Positions 28,735 to 38,934 of a stretch of 64,000 nt of DNA are shown here, piece after piece. The notes under the pieces are model-generated. The model was not told the DNA's origin. It ran no database searches and worked only from the letters and a program-made list of their open reading frames with translations. The number at the start of each line of letters is the position of its first letter. Position 1 is the stretch's first letter. The translations under genes and the position numbers were made by a program. Location: positions 1,088,001 through 1,152,000 of the forward strand of contig CAXXQS010000001.1 of assembly GCA_963674735.2 (NCBI GenBank). The letters are read 5' to 3'. The DNA is from Myxococcota bacterium. Lineage in GTDB: Bacteria > Myxococcota_A > SURF-8.

Positions 28735-29876
28735 AAAAAATATACTGGCGCCCACAACGCATTTCCCTTCGTTTGCTGTGGGTTGTCGCTTTAATAGGGA
28801 TTGCCGGGCTCATCGTTGTCGAGACTTATACGGTTCGCGAAAAGCAACCGCATTACACCGAAAAAATCAAGGCCGCCCGGCTAGCCAAAGAAGCCTTCGA
28901 GGTGATTCGGCAGGAACGATTGCGTCTCGGTCATACGTTCGACCCGGAGTCCGATCCGGCCGGAACCGGCTTGATCGGTCAGCTACTAACTCCGGTCACC
29001 ACCAACCCCGGACATTTGCCCGCCAAACAGACAACCGCGAACCCGAATTTCGCGGCTGTTATCGTGCATCTTCTCAAACGGGCGGATGTCGAAGAAGGCG
29101 ACAAAGTGGCGGTAGGGTTTTCGGGGTCGTTTCCGGCCATTAATACCTGTGTTCTGGCCGCACTCCAAACATTGAAACTTCAGGCTATCATTATTTCGAG
29201 TGTCGGATCGTCGCAGTGGGGAGCGAATATCCCCACCTTCATGTGGCCGGACATGGAGCGGGTGTTAGCTGAAAAGCGCCTGTTCAATTACCGTTCCGTG
29301 GCGATTTCCCGTGGTGGAATCGATGATCGCGCTCTTGGATTGACCAAAGATTCGCGTCGAGCGCTTGATGTCGTCATTGAACGCAGTGGTATCCCAGCTC
29401 TGACGGTCAGCAACTATGGAGAGAGCGTCGAAAAACGCATGAGTCTCTATCAGGAATTCGCAGGAGAAGATAAGATAACCGCTTATCTCAATGTGGGTGG
29501 AGGAACGACGTCTGTCGGCACGAAGGTGGGGAAACGGATGTTTGATCCGGGGCTTAACCGTTCGGTGCCGCGAGGTGCGTATGATATCGATTCGGTCATG
29601 ACCCGCTACGCCATGGACGGTATTCCGATTATTCACATGATCAAGATCGACACACTTGCGGAACGCTATGGATTGCCTTTGCAGCCGACCGTTATGCCCA
29701 AAGTCGGAGAAGGAAAAATCTTTTACAAAGAGGTGCATTCCACCGAATTGGCAGCTGCCGTCTTGTTGACGATCATCGTTCTGTTAACGGCGTTTATCCG
29801 ACAGGACTGGGGATACCGCATGTTGAATGCCGGGAAAAAAGAATCGAAAGAAAGCTCACCGGAGCCCATGGTTTAG
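28731..29876 (+). CDS. pgsW: Poly-gamma-glutamate system protein PgsW
   Basis: TGLIG..TTNPGHLPAKQTTANPNFAA, SGSFPAIN, SVGSSQWGAN, NVGGG; ATGA overlap with pgsC. Confidence 0.85.
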   Translation: MKKIYWRPQRISLRLLWVVALIGIAGLIVVETYTVREKQPHYTEKIKAARLAKEAFEVIRQERLRLGHTFDPESDPAGTGLIGQLLTPVTTNPGHLPAKQTTANPNFAAVIVHLLKRADVEEGDKVAVGFSGSFPAINTCVLAALQTLKLQAIIISSVGSSQWGANIPTFMWPDMERVLAEKRLFNYRSVAISRGGIDDRALGLTKDSRRALDVVIERSGIPALTVSNYGESVEKRMSLYQEFAGEDKITAYLNVGGGTTSVGTKVGKRMFDPGLNRSVPRGAYDIDSVMTRYAMDGIPIIHMIKIDTLAERYGLPLQPTVMPKVGEGKIFYKEVHSTELAAAVLLTIIVLLTAFIRQDWGYRMLNAGKKESKESSPEPMV

Positions 29877-29886
29877 GAGACTCCAG

Positions 29887-31002
29887 ATGGCTGGATGGCA
29901 GATACCGCAATGGATGAGAACTGAAATTTGGAGTAACGAGATCGTCGACTGGTCGGTTGTGGTGCTGTTGGTTCTCTTATTGGTTGTCGCTATGCAGGGA
30001 GTTAAACGATTCGTTTTATCGCGGATCGGCAAGCAGGAGGACGGCGACAGCTCCAATTGGTCAAAGACGCTGAAAGAGACGCTCGGGCGCACAAGCCTTT
30101 TACTGTTCGTTGTTCTGGCGGTTGGGGTTGTATCGAAAATATTGTTTCTACCGAGCGGGGTCGAGGAGGTGCTCGGACAACTGTCGGTTCTTGCCATTAT
30201 CCTGCAGTTTGGGCTCTGGGCCGACTACTTTGCTACGGTTGCCATCCGCCGCTGGTTTAAAGCTGACAATGGGGCCGAGCAGCCGACTGCCGGTGCGACG
30301 ATAGTCCGCATTCTGGCCCGAGTTTTTGTCTGGTCCGGCATTTTGATTCTCATTCTGGACAATCTGGGAGTCAATGTTCTCACCTTGATTGCCGGTCTGG
30401 GGGTTGGGGGTGTGGCCATCGGTCTGGCTACACAAAGTATCTTCAGCGATCTATTTGCCTCTTTCTCGATTATCTTGGATAAGCCTTTTGCTGTCGGAGA
30501 CTTCGTCATTCTCAACGATATGATGGGAACGGTGGAGCGTATCGGACTGAAATCGACTCGGATTCGTAGCTTGAGCGGAGAACAATTGGTTTTCTCAAAC
30601 AACGATATGCTGCAGAGCCGTATCCGCAATTACAAAAACATTCAGATTCGCCGTAATGTTATCGCGGTCGGCGTTGAATACTCAACTTCGGCTGAGAAGT
30701 TGCGGATGATCCCCGGTATCGTTGAGTCCATCATCAATGGATTGGAAAAAACAACCTTCGATCGCGCCCATTTCCGAAGTTTCGGTGATTTTTCGTTGGT
30801 TTTTGAATTTGTTTACTTTGTTCATGATCCTGAGTATCGGTATTTTATGGATATCCAGGAAAAATTCAACTTGGCGTTGTGTGATCGCTTCCGTGAAGAG
30901 GGAATCGAGTTCGCTTTCCCCACGCAAACGTTGCATCTGTTCGGACGCGAAACGAAGTCGCGGGAGCACATGTCCGGCGAGCTTGCTGATTCCGGAATGT
31001 AA
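29887..31002 (+). CDS. mscS: Small-conductance mechanosensitive channel family protein
   Basis: AGLGVGGVAIGLATQ, DKPFAVGDF, GTVERIGLKSTRIR, IEFAFPTQTL. Confidence 0.92.
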   Translation: MAGWQIPQWMRTEIWSNEIVDWSVVVLLVLLLVVAMQGVKRFVLSRIGKQEDGDSSNWSKTLKETLGRTSLLLFVVLAVGVVSKILFLPSGVEEVLGQLSVLAIILQFGLWADYFATVAIRRWFKADNGAEQPTAGATIVRILARVFVWSGILILILDNLGVNVLTLIAGLGVGGVAIGLATQSIFSDLFASFSIILDKPFAVGDFVILNDMMGTVERIGLKSTRIRSLSGEQLVFSNNDMLQSRIRNYKNIQIRRNVIAVGVEYSTSAEKLRMIPGIVESIINGLEKTTFDRAHFRSFGDFSLVFEFVYFVHDPEYRYFMDIQEKFNLALCDRFREEGIEFAFPTQTLHLFGRETKSREHMSGELADSGM

Positions 31003-31176
31003 AGCTGGCTGTGCTGTCGATTCTCGGTTCTGAAACCGCCGAAAGCACTTGACTTCCAAAGAGATTCCGCGTTATCTATACCTACTTCAGAGGATGATCA
31101 CACCCTCGAAACCTTGGGGCACAAATGAGTCCCGGTTTTATGCACGGATGTGCATGTATTTTTCAAGGAGGCTTCA

Positions 31177-32343
31177 ATGCACGAAAACTTCGTATTCAGT
31201 TCAGAGTCGGTGACTGAGGGACATCCCGACAAGGTGGCCGACCAGATTTCCGATGCCATTCTCGATAATATCATTGCATGTGACACCAAAGCCCGCGTGG
31301 CTTGTGAAACGTTAGTGACGACGGGATTGGCCGTTGTCGCAGGCGAAATCACCACCGAATGCTATGTGGACATCCCGAAACTGGTACGTGAAACCATCGA
31401 GAACATCGGCTATACCGATGCCCGGATGGGATTCGATTGTAATACCTGTGCTGTGGTGTCGACCATCGACAAGCAGTCCTCCGACATCGCGATGGGAGTG
31501 GATAAGAAAGATCCCAAGCTTCAGGGTGCCGGGGATCAAGGCATGATGTTCGGGTATGCCTGTGACGATACACGCGATTTGATGCCGCTTCCCATCTTTC
31601 TGGCGCACGCACTGACCAAGCGATTGGCCGTCGTGCGCAAAAAGAATATCCTCGATTTTCTACGACCCGACGGAAAATCCCAGGTCACCGTGCAGTTCGA
31701 AAAAAACAAGCCTGTGCATATTCCCGCCGTTGTCATTTCGACCCAGCATAACGCGCATGTCAGCCACAAAAATTTGCGTGCCGCGATTATCGACGAAGTC
31801 ATTATGAAGGCTATCCCTAAGGCTTATCTCAAGTTGATCGACAAGAAAACCAAGTTCCACATCAACCCGACCGGCAATTTTATCATTGGCGGTCCCCAAG
31901 GCGATTGCGGCTTGACGGGCCGGAAGATTATCGTCGATACCTACGGTGGTTGGGGGCACAACGGCGGTGGAGCTTTCTCGGGCAAAGATCCCAGCAAGGT
32001 GGATCGCTCGGCTTCTTACATGGCGCGCTATATCGCCAAGAATTTGGTCAAGGCCAAGCTTGCCAAGCGTTGCGAAGTTCAGTTGGCGTATGCCATCGGG
32101 GTCAGAGAACCGGTTTCGGTCTCGATCAACACCTTCGGTACCGGGAAGGTCGATGAAGCGAAGCTCGTCAAGTTGGTGAGGCGTCATTTCGATCTGACTC
32201 CCTACGGGATTACCACCAGCTTGGACCTTCTGAAGCCGGTCTACCTCAAAACGGCCTCCTACGGTCATTTTGGTGAGAACACCCGCAAAATGACCTGGGA
32301 GCAGACGGATAAGGCACAGATGTTGGCCGAAGACGCCCAATAA
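31177..32343 (+). CDS. metK: S-adenosylmethionine synthetase
   Basis: [47 protein letters not shown]. Confidence 0.98.
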   Translation: MHENFVFSSESVTEGHPDKVADQISDAILDNIIACDTKARVACETLVTTGLAVVAGEITTECYVDIPKLVRETIENIGYTDARMGFDCNTCAVVSTIDKQSSDIAMGVDKKDPKLQGAGDQGMMFGYACDDTRDLMPLPIFLAHALTKRLAVVRKKNILDFLRPDGKSQVTVQFEKNKPVHIPAVVISTQHNAHVSHKNLRAAIIDEVIMKAIPKAYLKLIDKKTKFHINPTGNFIIGGPQGDCGLTGRKIIVDTYGGWGHNGGGAFSGKDPSKVDRSASYMARYIAKNLVKAKLAKRCEVQLAYAIGVREPVSVSINTFGTGKVDEAKLVKLVRRHFDLTPYGITTSLDLLKPVYLKTASYGHFGENTRKMTWEQTDKAQMLAEDAQ

Positions 32344-32364
32344 CGGCCCGTTACGAAGAAAATG

Positions 32365-32397
32365 AAACGCCGCATTCTCATTGGATGCGGCGTTTTT
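32365..32397. terminator. Intrinsic terminator
   Basis: AAACGCCGCATT...GATGCGGCGTTTTT. Confidence 0.8.
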
Positions 32398-32424
32398 ATG
32401 TAGGGTGAACGATTCGGTTCTCCG

Positions 32425-33222
32425 TTAGAGTTCTTTTACCGCATCATGGAATTGCAGCTTGGTGGAGCCGATTTCCAGTTCGTCCCCTTCTTTAAGCTGG
32501 TGCTGGGAGACTTTGTTGCCGTTCACTTTCAACGAGCCGAGACCATCGACTTTTTCGACAAACCATTTTCCGCCGAAACAGGACATTTTCGCGTGTGTCT
32601 TGCCGATGGTCAAGCCTCCCTTGATGGGGATGTCGGCGCTGTCGCTACGGCCGATCAGGACCATTCCTTTATCGAGAGGATAGGTGCTTTTCGGCATGGG
32701 AGTTACGGCGCTTAAATGTGCTCCGCGGCGTTGGCCGAGACCTTTACGCAGGGACTCCAGTTGCTCGGGAGCCAGCCGCATCGTGGATTCCGTCGTGTCG
32801 ACCTGTGCTTGTACCTTCTGAAAAGTCTCTTGCTCGGGGGTGCCGCTTGCCTCTGCCATCATTTCGCCGAAAGATAGCTTGAATTCGGCGCCGGGTTGCT
32901 TTTGCGCTCGTGCGTGATCGCGCTCCAATTCATCTTTTGTTTGCTCGAAGCGAATCATGAATTTTCCGATTTCAACCGTATCCCCGTTCTTGAGGGCTTG
33001 GCGACGGATAATCCGGCCATTGACAAAGACGGTGTCTTTGCCGGAAATGTCTTCGAGAACCCATATTCCGCCATGGCGAACCAGCATGGCTTGTTTGCGC
33101 GAAACCATCACATTGTTGAGAATGATGTCTGCCATGTCGTGTCGGCCGATCAGAATGTGATCTTTCGACAACTGCAATTTCTGAATGATTTCACGGCCAT
33201 GTAAAACGGTTACCGATGCCAT
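32425..33222 (-). CDS. Tandem FHA-domain protein
   Basis: IGRHDMADI..VSRKQA..FVNG..LKNGDTVEIG and IGRSDSADI..THA..KVNG..LKEGDELEIG. Confidence 0.85.
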   Translation of the reverse strand: MASVTVLHGREIIQKLQLSKDHILIGRHDMADIILNNVMVSRKQAMLVRHGGIWVLEDISGKDTVFVNGRIIRRQALKNGDTVEIGKFMIRFEQTKDELERDHARAQKQPGAEFKLSFGEMMAEASGTPEQETFQKVQAQVDTTESTMRLAPEQLESLRKGLGQRRGAHLSAVTPMPKSTYPLDKGMVLIGRSDSADIPIKGGLTIGKTHAKMSCFGGKWFVEKVDGLGSLKVNGNKVSQHQLKEGDELEIGSTKLQFHDAVKEL

Positions 33223-33422
33223 TTCGACCCCCTATGTAGCTGGTCGTCATTCCAAATAACACAAACGAAATCTGTCTTGTTCTTTTTATTGATTTTATCC
33301 GCAAAAATTGCGGCTTGTAAAGTGTAATTCTTTTTTGATTCTGCATTTCTTTTTCAAACGCTGAGCGTGCTTCGTGACAAACGCATGCGGATGTGCTAGA
33401 GAAAGCCAGCGATGGAGGCGAA

Positions 33423-35240
33423 ATGAGTGCAGAGGAAAGACAGAAGATTCACGTTCTTCCAACTTCGTTGGCCAACCGAATTGCCGCAGGTGAAGTGGTG
33501 GAGCGGCCAGCTTCGGTAGTGAAAGAACTGGTCGAGAATTGCCTCGATGCGAGTGCGACAAAGGTCGTGGTGGAAATCGAAGAGGCGGGAAAGGGGCGTA
33601 TTCGTGTCCTGGACGATGGTGTTGGAATGGATCGAGAGGACGCTCTGCGTGCCATCGAGCGCCATGCAACCAGCAAGATCCATCATGCGGACGATCTGTT
33701 TGCCATCCAGACACTTGGTTTCCGAGGTGAAGCCTTGCCCTCGATCGCGTCGGTTTCGCTGTTTAGCTTGACAACGCGTGGTCTTGATTCGGTCGGAACC
33801 CGTTTGACGATTGAGGGGGGGGAACTGAAACACGTGGAGGATGTCGGCTTCCCGCGCGGGACGGAGATCGATATCCGAAAGCTATTTTATAATACCCCGG
33901 CGCGTCGGAAATTTTTAAAGCGCGATGCGACTGAGTTGGCGGCTATCAGCGAGGTCATGCAGCGGATCGCATTGGTCAGACCGGATGTCCGCATCGAATA
34001 TCGGCACAACGGTCGCGACCTCATGAATCTACCGGCGACGGACGATCTGCACGAGCGAGTGGCAGGGGTGTTCGGCAAGGATGCCTACCCGAAGCTGTTT
34101 CCCGTAAGTGGTGAAAGGGGAGGTTTTCATTTGAGCGGCATGATTTCGGCCCCGGAATTGACCCGGCCGACCCCCGCCGCCTTGCATCTGTTTGTCAATG
34201 GGCGTCCCATCCGCGATCGCTCACTGATGCATGCGGTGACGTCCGCCTATGGCACCATGTTGGAACCCAGACGCTTTCCTATCGCGGCTTTGATGCTTGA
34301 AATGCCGATCGATCTGCTGGATGTCAATGTTCATCCGGCTAAAACAGAGGTTCGTTTCGCAGACGCACGGATGGTCTATCGGATTCTGCATGAAGGCGTG
34401 CGCGAGGCTTTGGGACGTTCGCCCTGGTTGGGTGGAGTCGGAACTCCCGGAGGCGGTCGGCGGGAAACGGGCGGCGATGCCGTCGGTGCCGAAATCGCCT
34501 TGGCAAATTACTTCAAGTCCCAATCCGGTCAACGCCATTTTACGATACCGGGTGGTTCGACCTATCAATCTCCGATGCAGGTCCAGGGAAGTCCGGCATC
34601 GATGGTGGAAAACCAGAGTTTCGCGGTCGGACCGGCGGCTGCGCCATTCGGGATGGGCTTCAGCTCTTTCACCGTTCTGGCTCAGTTGCATAATACCTAC
34701 ATTCTCGTCAGCACGCCGCGAGGTTTGGGTATTATCGATCAGCATGCCGCGCATGAACGGGTGGCCTTTGAAAGGCTGAAAGTCTCTTACGATACGCAAA
34801 AAATAGAGCGTCAGATTCTGCTGTTTCCCGTTCGTGTCGAACTGGATGCCGGAAGACTGGCGGCCCTTGAAGAATTCGTGGGAGACGTGACCGCCCTTGG
34901 TTTCGATGTGGAAACGTTCGGCGGCGATTCCGTGCAGATCCGAGCGGTACCGCAACTCTTGGCAGGCGCAGACCCGGCCAGCGCTCTTCGCGACCTGCTG
35001 GATGAGTTGGCCGATGCGGGCGGGAGTCGAGCGGTGGAAGATCGGATCGATCTGGCCTTGGCGACTTTGGCTTGTCATTCGGCGATTCGAGCTAACGAGG
35101 CTCTGAATTACGAACAGATGGAAGCCTTGTTGCGGCAATTGGATACCATCGATTTCGCGACCCATTGCCCCCACGGACGACCGGTCTTTATCGAAGTGTC
35201 GCAGATGGAGTTGGAGAAACGCTTTGGCCGCATCAAGTAA
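33423..35240 (+). CDS. mutL: DNA mismatch repair endonuclease MutL
   Basis: IAAGEVVERP, GFRGEAL, DVNVHPAK, endonuclease motifs DQHAAHER, ACH, CPHGRP. Confidence 0.97.
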   Translation: MSAEERQKIHVLPTSLANRIAAGEVVERPASVVKELVENCLDASATKVVVEIEEAGKGRIRVLDDGVGMDREDALRAIERHATSKIHHADDLFAIQTLGFRGEALPSIASVSLFSLTTRGLDSVGTRLTIEGGELKHVEDVGFPRGTEIDIRKLFYNTPARRKFLKRDATELAAISEVMQRIALVRPDVRIEYRHNGRDLMNLPATDDLHERVAGVFGKDAYPKLFPVSGERGGFHLSGMISAPELTRPTPAALHLFVNGRPIRDRSLMHAVTSAYGTMLEPRRFPIAALMLEMPIDLLDVNVHPAKTEVRFADARMVYRILHEGVREALGRSPWLGGVGTPGGGRRETGGDAVGAEIALANYFKSQSGQRHFTIPGGSTYQSPMQVQGSPASMVENQSFAVGPAAAPFGMGFSSFTVLAQLHNTYILVSTPRGLGIIDQHAAHERVAFERLKVSYDTQKIERQILLFPVRVELDAGRLAALEEFVGDVTALGFDVETFGGDSVQIRAVPQLLAGADPASALRDLLDELADAGGSRAVEDRIDLALATLACHSAIRANEALNYEQMEALLRQLDTIDFATHCPHGRPVFIEVSQMELEKRFGRIK

Positions 35241-36156
35241 ACCAACGAAAATTATCGTGATTCAAGGCGCAACGGCCAGCGGCAAAACCGGCTTGGCCAT
35301 CGAATTGGCTAAGCGCTTTTCCGGAGAAATCGTGAATGCCGATTCCTTGCAGATGGTGCGAGGCTTTGACATCGGAACTGCGAAACCAACGCTAAGCGAG
35401 CGATCCCAAGCTGCTCATCACTTGATCGATGTCGTAGAGCCGGATGAGCCTCTGGATGTCGCGCGGTTCGTGGAAATGGCTGCTGGTTGTATTCGGAATC
35501 TTGAAAAAAGCGGAAAACTTTCGATTATCGCGGGTGGAACTGGATTGTATGTGCGAGCGCTTTTGGGTGGATTGGTTGATCTTCCGGGCCGAAACGATGT
35601 CTTACGCGCAAAGTATGAGAAAACACTTGAAGAATGCGGGGCGGAAGCCCTGTTTGCCACCTTGGCAGCCCAAGCACCGGAAGCCGAACAGCATGTCGAC
35701 CGGCGAAATCCCCGGCGTGTGATTCGTGCGTTGGAAGTGCTGGAGTTAACCGGAAAGCCGATCTGGCAGTGGCAGGACGAACATCGGTTTGCCGAGAAGC
35801 CTTATCGAGCACTCCGTTTTGCCATTGACGCCTCAACGGAATGGTTGCGGCCTCGTGTTGAACAGCGCACTCGGCAGATGTTGGAAAACGGTTTGATCGA
35901 GGAAGTTCGAAGCTTGCTTCGACGTTTCCCCGATGCTGCGCCCAAGGCATTCGAGGCGATCGGTTATCGGCAGGTTCTGGCTGTCATCAACGGGGAGGCA
36001 GCTGAAAGCGAGTTGGCTTCCGCCATTGCCACCGCCACTGTTCGGTATGCGCGAAAACAACGGATGTGGCTACGAAAAGAACACGATATCAAATGGATAG
36101 CTCCGGGAGAGTTGGACTCGGTTGTTGCAACCACGGCCGACTTTCTTTCCCGCTAA
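35224..36156 (+). CDS. miaA: tRNA dimethylallyltransferase
   Basis: GATASGKT, DIGTAKP, GGTGLY, AIGY, YARKQ; follows mutL. Confidence 0.95.
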   Translation: MAASSKPTKIIVIQGATASGKTGLAIELAKRFSGEIVNADSLQMVRGFDIGTAKPTLSERSQAAHHLIDVVEPDEPLDVARFVEMAAGCIRNLEKSGKLSIIAGGTGLYVRALLGGLVDLPGRNDVLRAKYEKTLEECGAEALFATLAAQAPEAEQHVDRRNPRRVIRALEVLELTGKPIWQWQDEHRFAEKPYRALRFAIDASTEWLRPRVEQRTRQMLENGLIEEVRSLLRRFPDAAPKAFEAIGYRQVLAVINGEAAESELASAIATATVRYARKQRMWLRKEHDIKWIAPGELDSVVATTADFLSR

Positions 36157-36204
36157 AACCTACCGATCAAAGCATAATCGAAAATCGGATGAACCCGCGC
36201 ATCA

Positions 36205-36972
36205 TCAAGCTGTGGCCTCGTCGGCTTTCCACTCCGTCACGAATGCCTTGAATTTCTTCAGTTCTTCTCGGGTGAAGGTGAGGTGCCGGTGGGTGAAGAG
36301 ATAATTGAGGAGCCAGAACGTGATGATATCGAATGTTACCCCGTATCCCGTGATCAAGTGTCCGATAGCGGCGAAGGCCACGGAGGAAGCAATGAACCAG
36401 AACGCCACTTTGATGTAAAGTGGATGGGCAAAACGGTGGTGACTGTAGAATGGGACCAGAACGAAATGCATGACAGAACTGTAAAAGACGACGAAAATGC
36501 CGAACCAGTAGAAAATTTCATTGGAAATAAAGAAGTGGGAGTTGAAATAGCCGATGAACAGCAGGGCCGAAGCGGGTCGGGGAAAGCCGACGAAAGCGCC
36601 GTCGTAGCTGATGCGCTTGACGTTGAACCGAGCGAAGCGGATGCATCCGGCCAGAGTCGGGGCTGAGGCAATGGCGGCGGCGATCCACCAGGGCAGTGCC
36701 GGGTAGATCGGATGCATGGTATAAATACCGTAGATGAGGAACGAGGGCGCGATGGAATAGGCCACCAAATCGGCCACGTTGTCGAGCTCGGCTCCGAATT
36801 TGTTGAATTGATTGGTGAGTCTTGCTACCGCGCCGTCGCTGACATCGAAGGCATAGGCGATCAATATCGAGTAGCTGGCCCATTCGAGCCGACCTTGAAT
36901 GACGAAGATAACACATAGAAACCCGCCGAGGACGTTTCCCAGCGTGAAGTAATCTTTGGCTTTCAGTAGCAT
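36205..36972 (-). CDS. CDP-alcohol phosphatidyltransferase (PssA-like)
   Basis: DVSDGAVAR..FGAELDNVAD motif, RFARFN, FVGFP; GGAGAG RBS before ATG 36972. Confidence 0.88.
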   Translation of the reverse strand: MLLKAKDYFTLGNVLGGFLCVIFVIQGRLEWASYSILIAYAFDVSDGAVARLTNQFNKFGAELDNVADLVAYSIAPSFLIYGIYTMHPIYPALPWWIAAAIASAPTLAGCIRFARFNVKRISYDGAFVGFPRPASALLFIGYFNSHFFISNEIFYWFGIFVVFYSSVMHFVLVPFYSHHRFAHPLYIKVAFWFIASSVAFAAIGHLITGYGVTFDIITFWLLNYLFTHRHLTFTREELKKFKAFVTEWKADEATA

Positions 36973-37179
36973 CGGGTCTCTCCGTTGCGCCTTATAAGTA
37001 TGGACCATGCTGTTTGTATCAGAACGATAGGCCTTTTGTCAAAAGGATCTTCAATGGAATTTCGGGGCAAGTCAGGGTGGCCGAAGTCTCGCTTTTCCTT
37101 GCCAAAATACCGTATGGTGGTTTATAAGATGTAGCTCTGTAGTTGACTAATCAGATCGCGTTGTCGAGGAGACGTTTCA

Positions 37180-38925
37180 ATGCGCTATTCGCAATTGATG
37201 ATTCCAACTCAAAAAGAAGTGCCTGCCGATGCGCAGGTTATCAGTCATGTTTTAATGCTACGTGCCGGTATGATCCGAAAGCTGTCGGCGGGAATCTATA
37301 TCTACCTTCCGCTGGGATTGAAGATCATTCGCAAGGTCGAGCAGATTGTACGTGAAGAGATGGATCGCGCGGGCGCTCAGGAACTGCTGATGCCGATGGT
37401 GCAACCCGGCGAGATCTGGGAAAAATCGGGCCGCTGGGCGAAGTATGGCCCGGAGCTTTTACGTCTCCGCGACCGCAAAGGGGCCGAATTCTGCCTCGGA
37501 CCGACCCATGAAGAGGTGATTACCCAGCTTTTTTCCAACGAATTCAATTCATACAAGCAATTACCGGTCAATCTCTATCAAATTCAGAACAAATTCCGCG
37601 ACGAAATGCGCCCGCGCTTCGGCTTGATGCGTGGACGTGAATTCGTAATGAAAGACGCCTATTCCTTCCACGTCGATGAAGAGGATAGCCGCCGCGAATA
37701 CAAGAACATGTACGAAACGTATACCCGTATTTTCAAGCGCTGTGGTCTTGATTTTCGTGCGGTCGAGGCCGATACCGGCTCGATTGGCGGCAGTACCTCC
37801 CACGAATTCCAGGTGCTTGCCCAATCGGGTGAGGATCTGATTCTCTCCTGCCTCAACTGCGGCTACAGCGCCAACGTGGAAATGGCCGAAACCATTTCCG
37901 AAAAAGGTGGAGAGCCGGCGGATAGCGGAAAAATACCGGTTTTAAAAGAAATGCAGGAGGTCGACACCCCGAACAGTCGGACCATCGATGAAGTGTCCGA
38001 GTTTTTGGGCATTACTCCCGCCGATTTGTGTAAAACACTGATTTATCATGACGATGCGGACCAGTACGTGGCCGTTTGCATCCGTGGCGATCACGATGTC
38101 AACGAGATGAAACTGCGCCGCGTCCTGGGCGTCAATGCCGTTTATCTGGCGGAAGATGAAGAGGTTGAGAAACGCACGGGCACCCCGGTTGGCTTTGCCG
38201 GACCGGTTGGGATGGGCTTGCCTGTCATCGCCGATCTGACTGTTAAGAATATGATCAACTTCGCAACGGGTGCGAACAAGAAAGATAAGCACTTTGTGGG
38301 CGTGAATCTCGACCGTGACGTGACGATCGAGAAATTCGCCGATCTGAGGCTTGCCAGAGAAAACGAGACCTGTCCGCGCTGTGGGACGGGAGTCTATAAG
38401 GCTTTCCGGGGCATCGAAGTGGGCCAGGTTTTCTATCTGGGAACCAAATACTCGGAACCCATGGGGGCCAGCGTCCTCGACGAAAAAGGCGAGAGCGTTG
38501 TATGTCCGATGGGCTGCTATGGAATCGGCGTTTCAAGGACGGTAGCCGCCGCCATCGAGCAGAATCATGACGATGATGGCATCAGTTGGCCCATGCCGCT
38601 CGCTCCGTTCCAGGTGGTGTTGCTCCCGCTGATGATGAAGAATGAAGCCGTCGTCGAAATGGCGGAAGACCTGCATAAAGATCTGATCTCTCGCGGTGTG
38701 GAAGTGCTTTTGGATGACCGAGACGAGCGGGCCGGTGTTAAGTTCAAGGACGCGGATCTGCTCGGTATTCCGATTCGGATTACCATCGGGAAAAAAAGCC
38801 TGGAACAAAAAGCCCTCGAGTTCAAACTGCGAAGGGAAAAAGAGTCGGAAATGGTTCCGCTCGAGAAAATCGTGGCCAAGGTCAAAGACACCATCCGCGA
38901 TTTAATGGACGAATCTCAGCCTTGA
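37180..38925 (+). CDS. proS: Proline--tRNA ligase
   Basis: LGPTHEE, FRDEMRPRFGLMRGREF, INS editing domain, GIEVGQVF, MGCYGIG. Confidence 0.98.
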   Translation: MRYSQLMIPTQKEVPADAQVISHVLMLRAGMIRKLSAGIYIYLPLGLKIIRKVEQIVREEMDRAGAQELLMPMVQPGEIWEKSGRWAKYGPELLRLRDRKGAEFCLGPTHEEVITQLFSNEFNSYKQLPVNLYQIQNKFRDEMRPRFGLMRGREFVMKDAYSFHVDEEDSRREYKNMYETYTRIFKRCGLDFRAVEADTGSIGGSTSHEFQVLAQSGEDLILSCLNCGYSANVEMAETISEKGGEPADSGKIPVLKEMQEVDTPNSRTIDEVSEFLGITPADLCKTLIYHDDADQYVAVCIRGDHDVNEMKLRRVLGVNAVYLAEDEEVEKRTGTPVGFAGPVGMGLPVIADLTVKNMINFATGANKKDKHFVGVNLDRDVTIEKFADLRLARENETCPRCGTGVYKAFRGIEVGQVFYLGTKYSEPMGASVLDEKGESVVCPMGCYGIGVSRTVAAAIEQNHDDDGISWPMPLAPFQVVLLPLMMKNEAVVEMAEDLHKDLISRGVEVLLDDRDERAGVKFKDADLLGIPIRITIGKKSLEQKALEFKLRREKESEMVPLEKIVAKVKDTIRDLMDESQP

Positions 38926-38934
38926 GGGTGATCC

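Noticed and set aside
31049-31176. Possible SAM riboswitch upstream of metK (short GAGG..CCTC hairpin)
   Set aside because: I cannot find SAM-I/II core elements, and the leader after the likely promoter is short. An Rfam scan would settle it.
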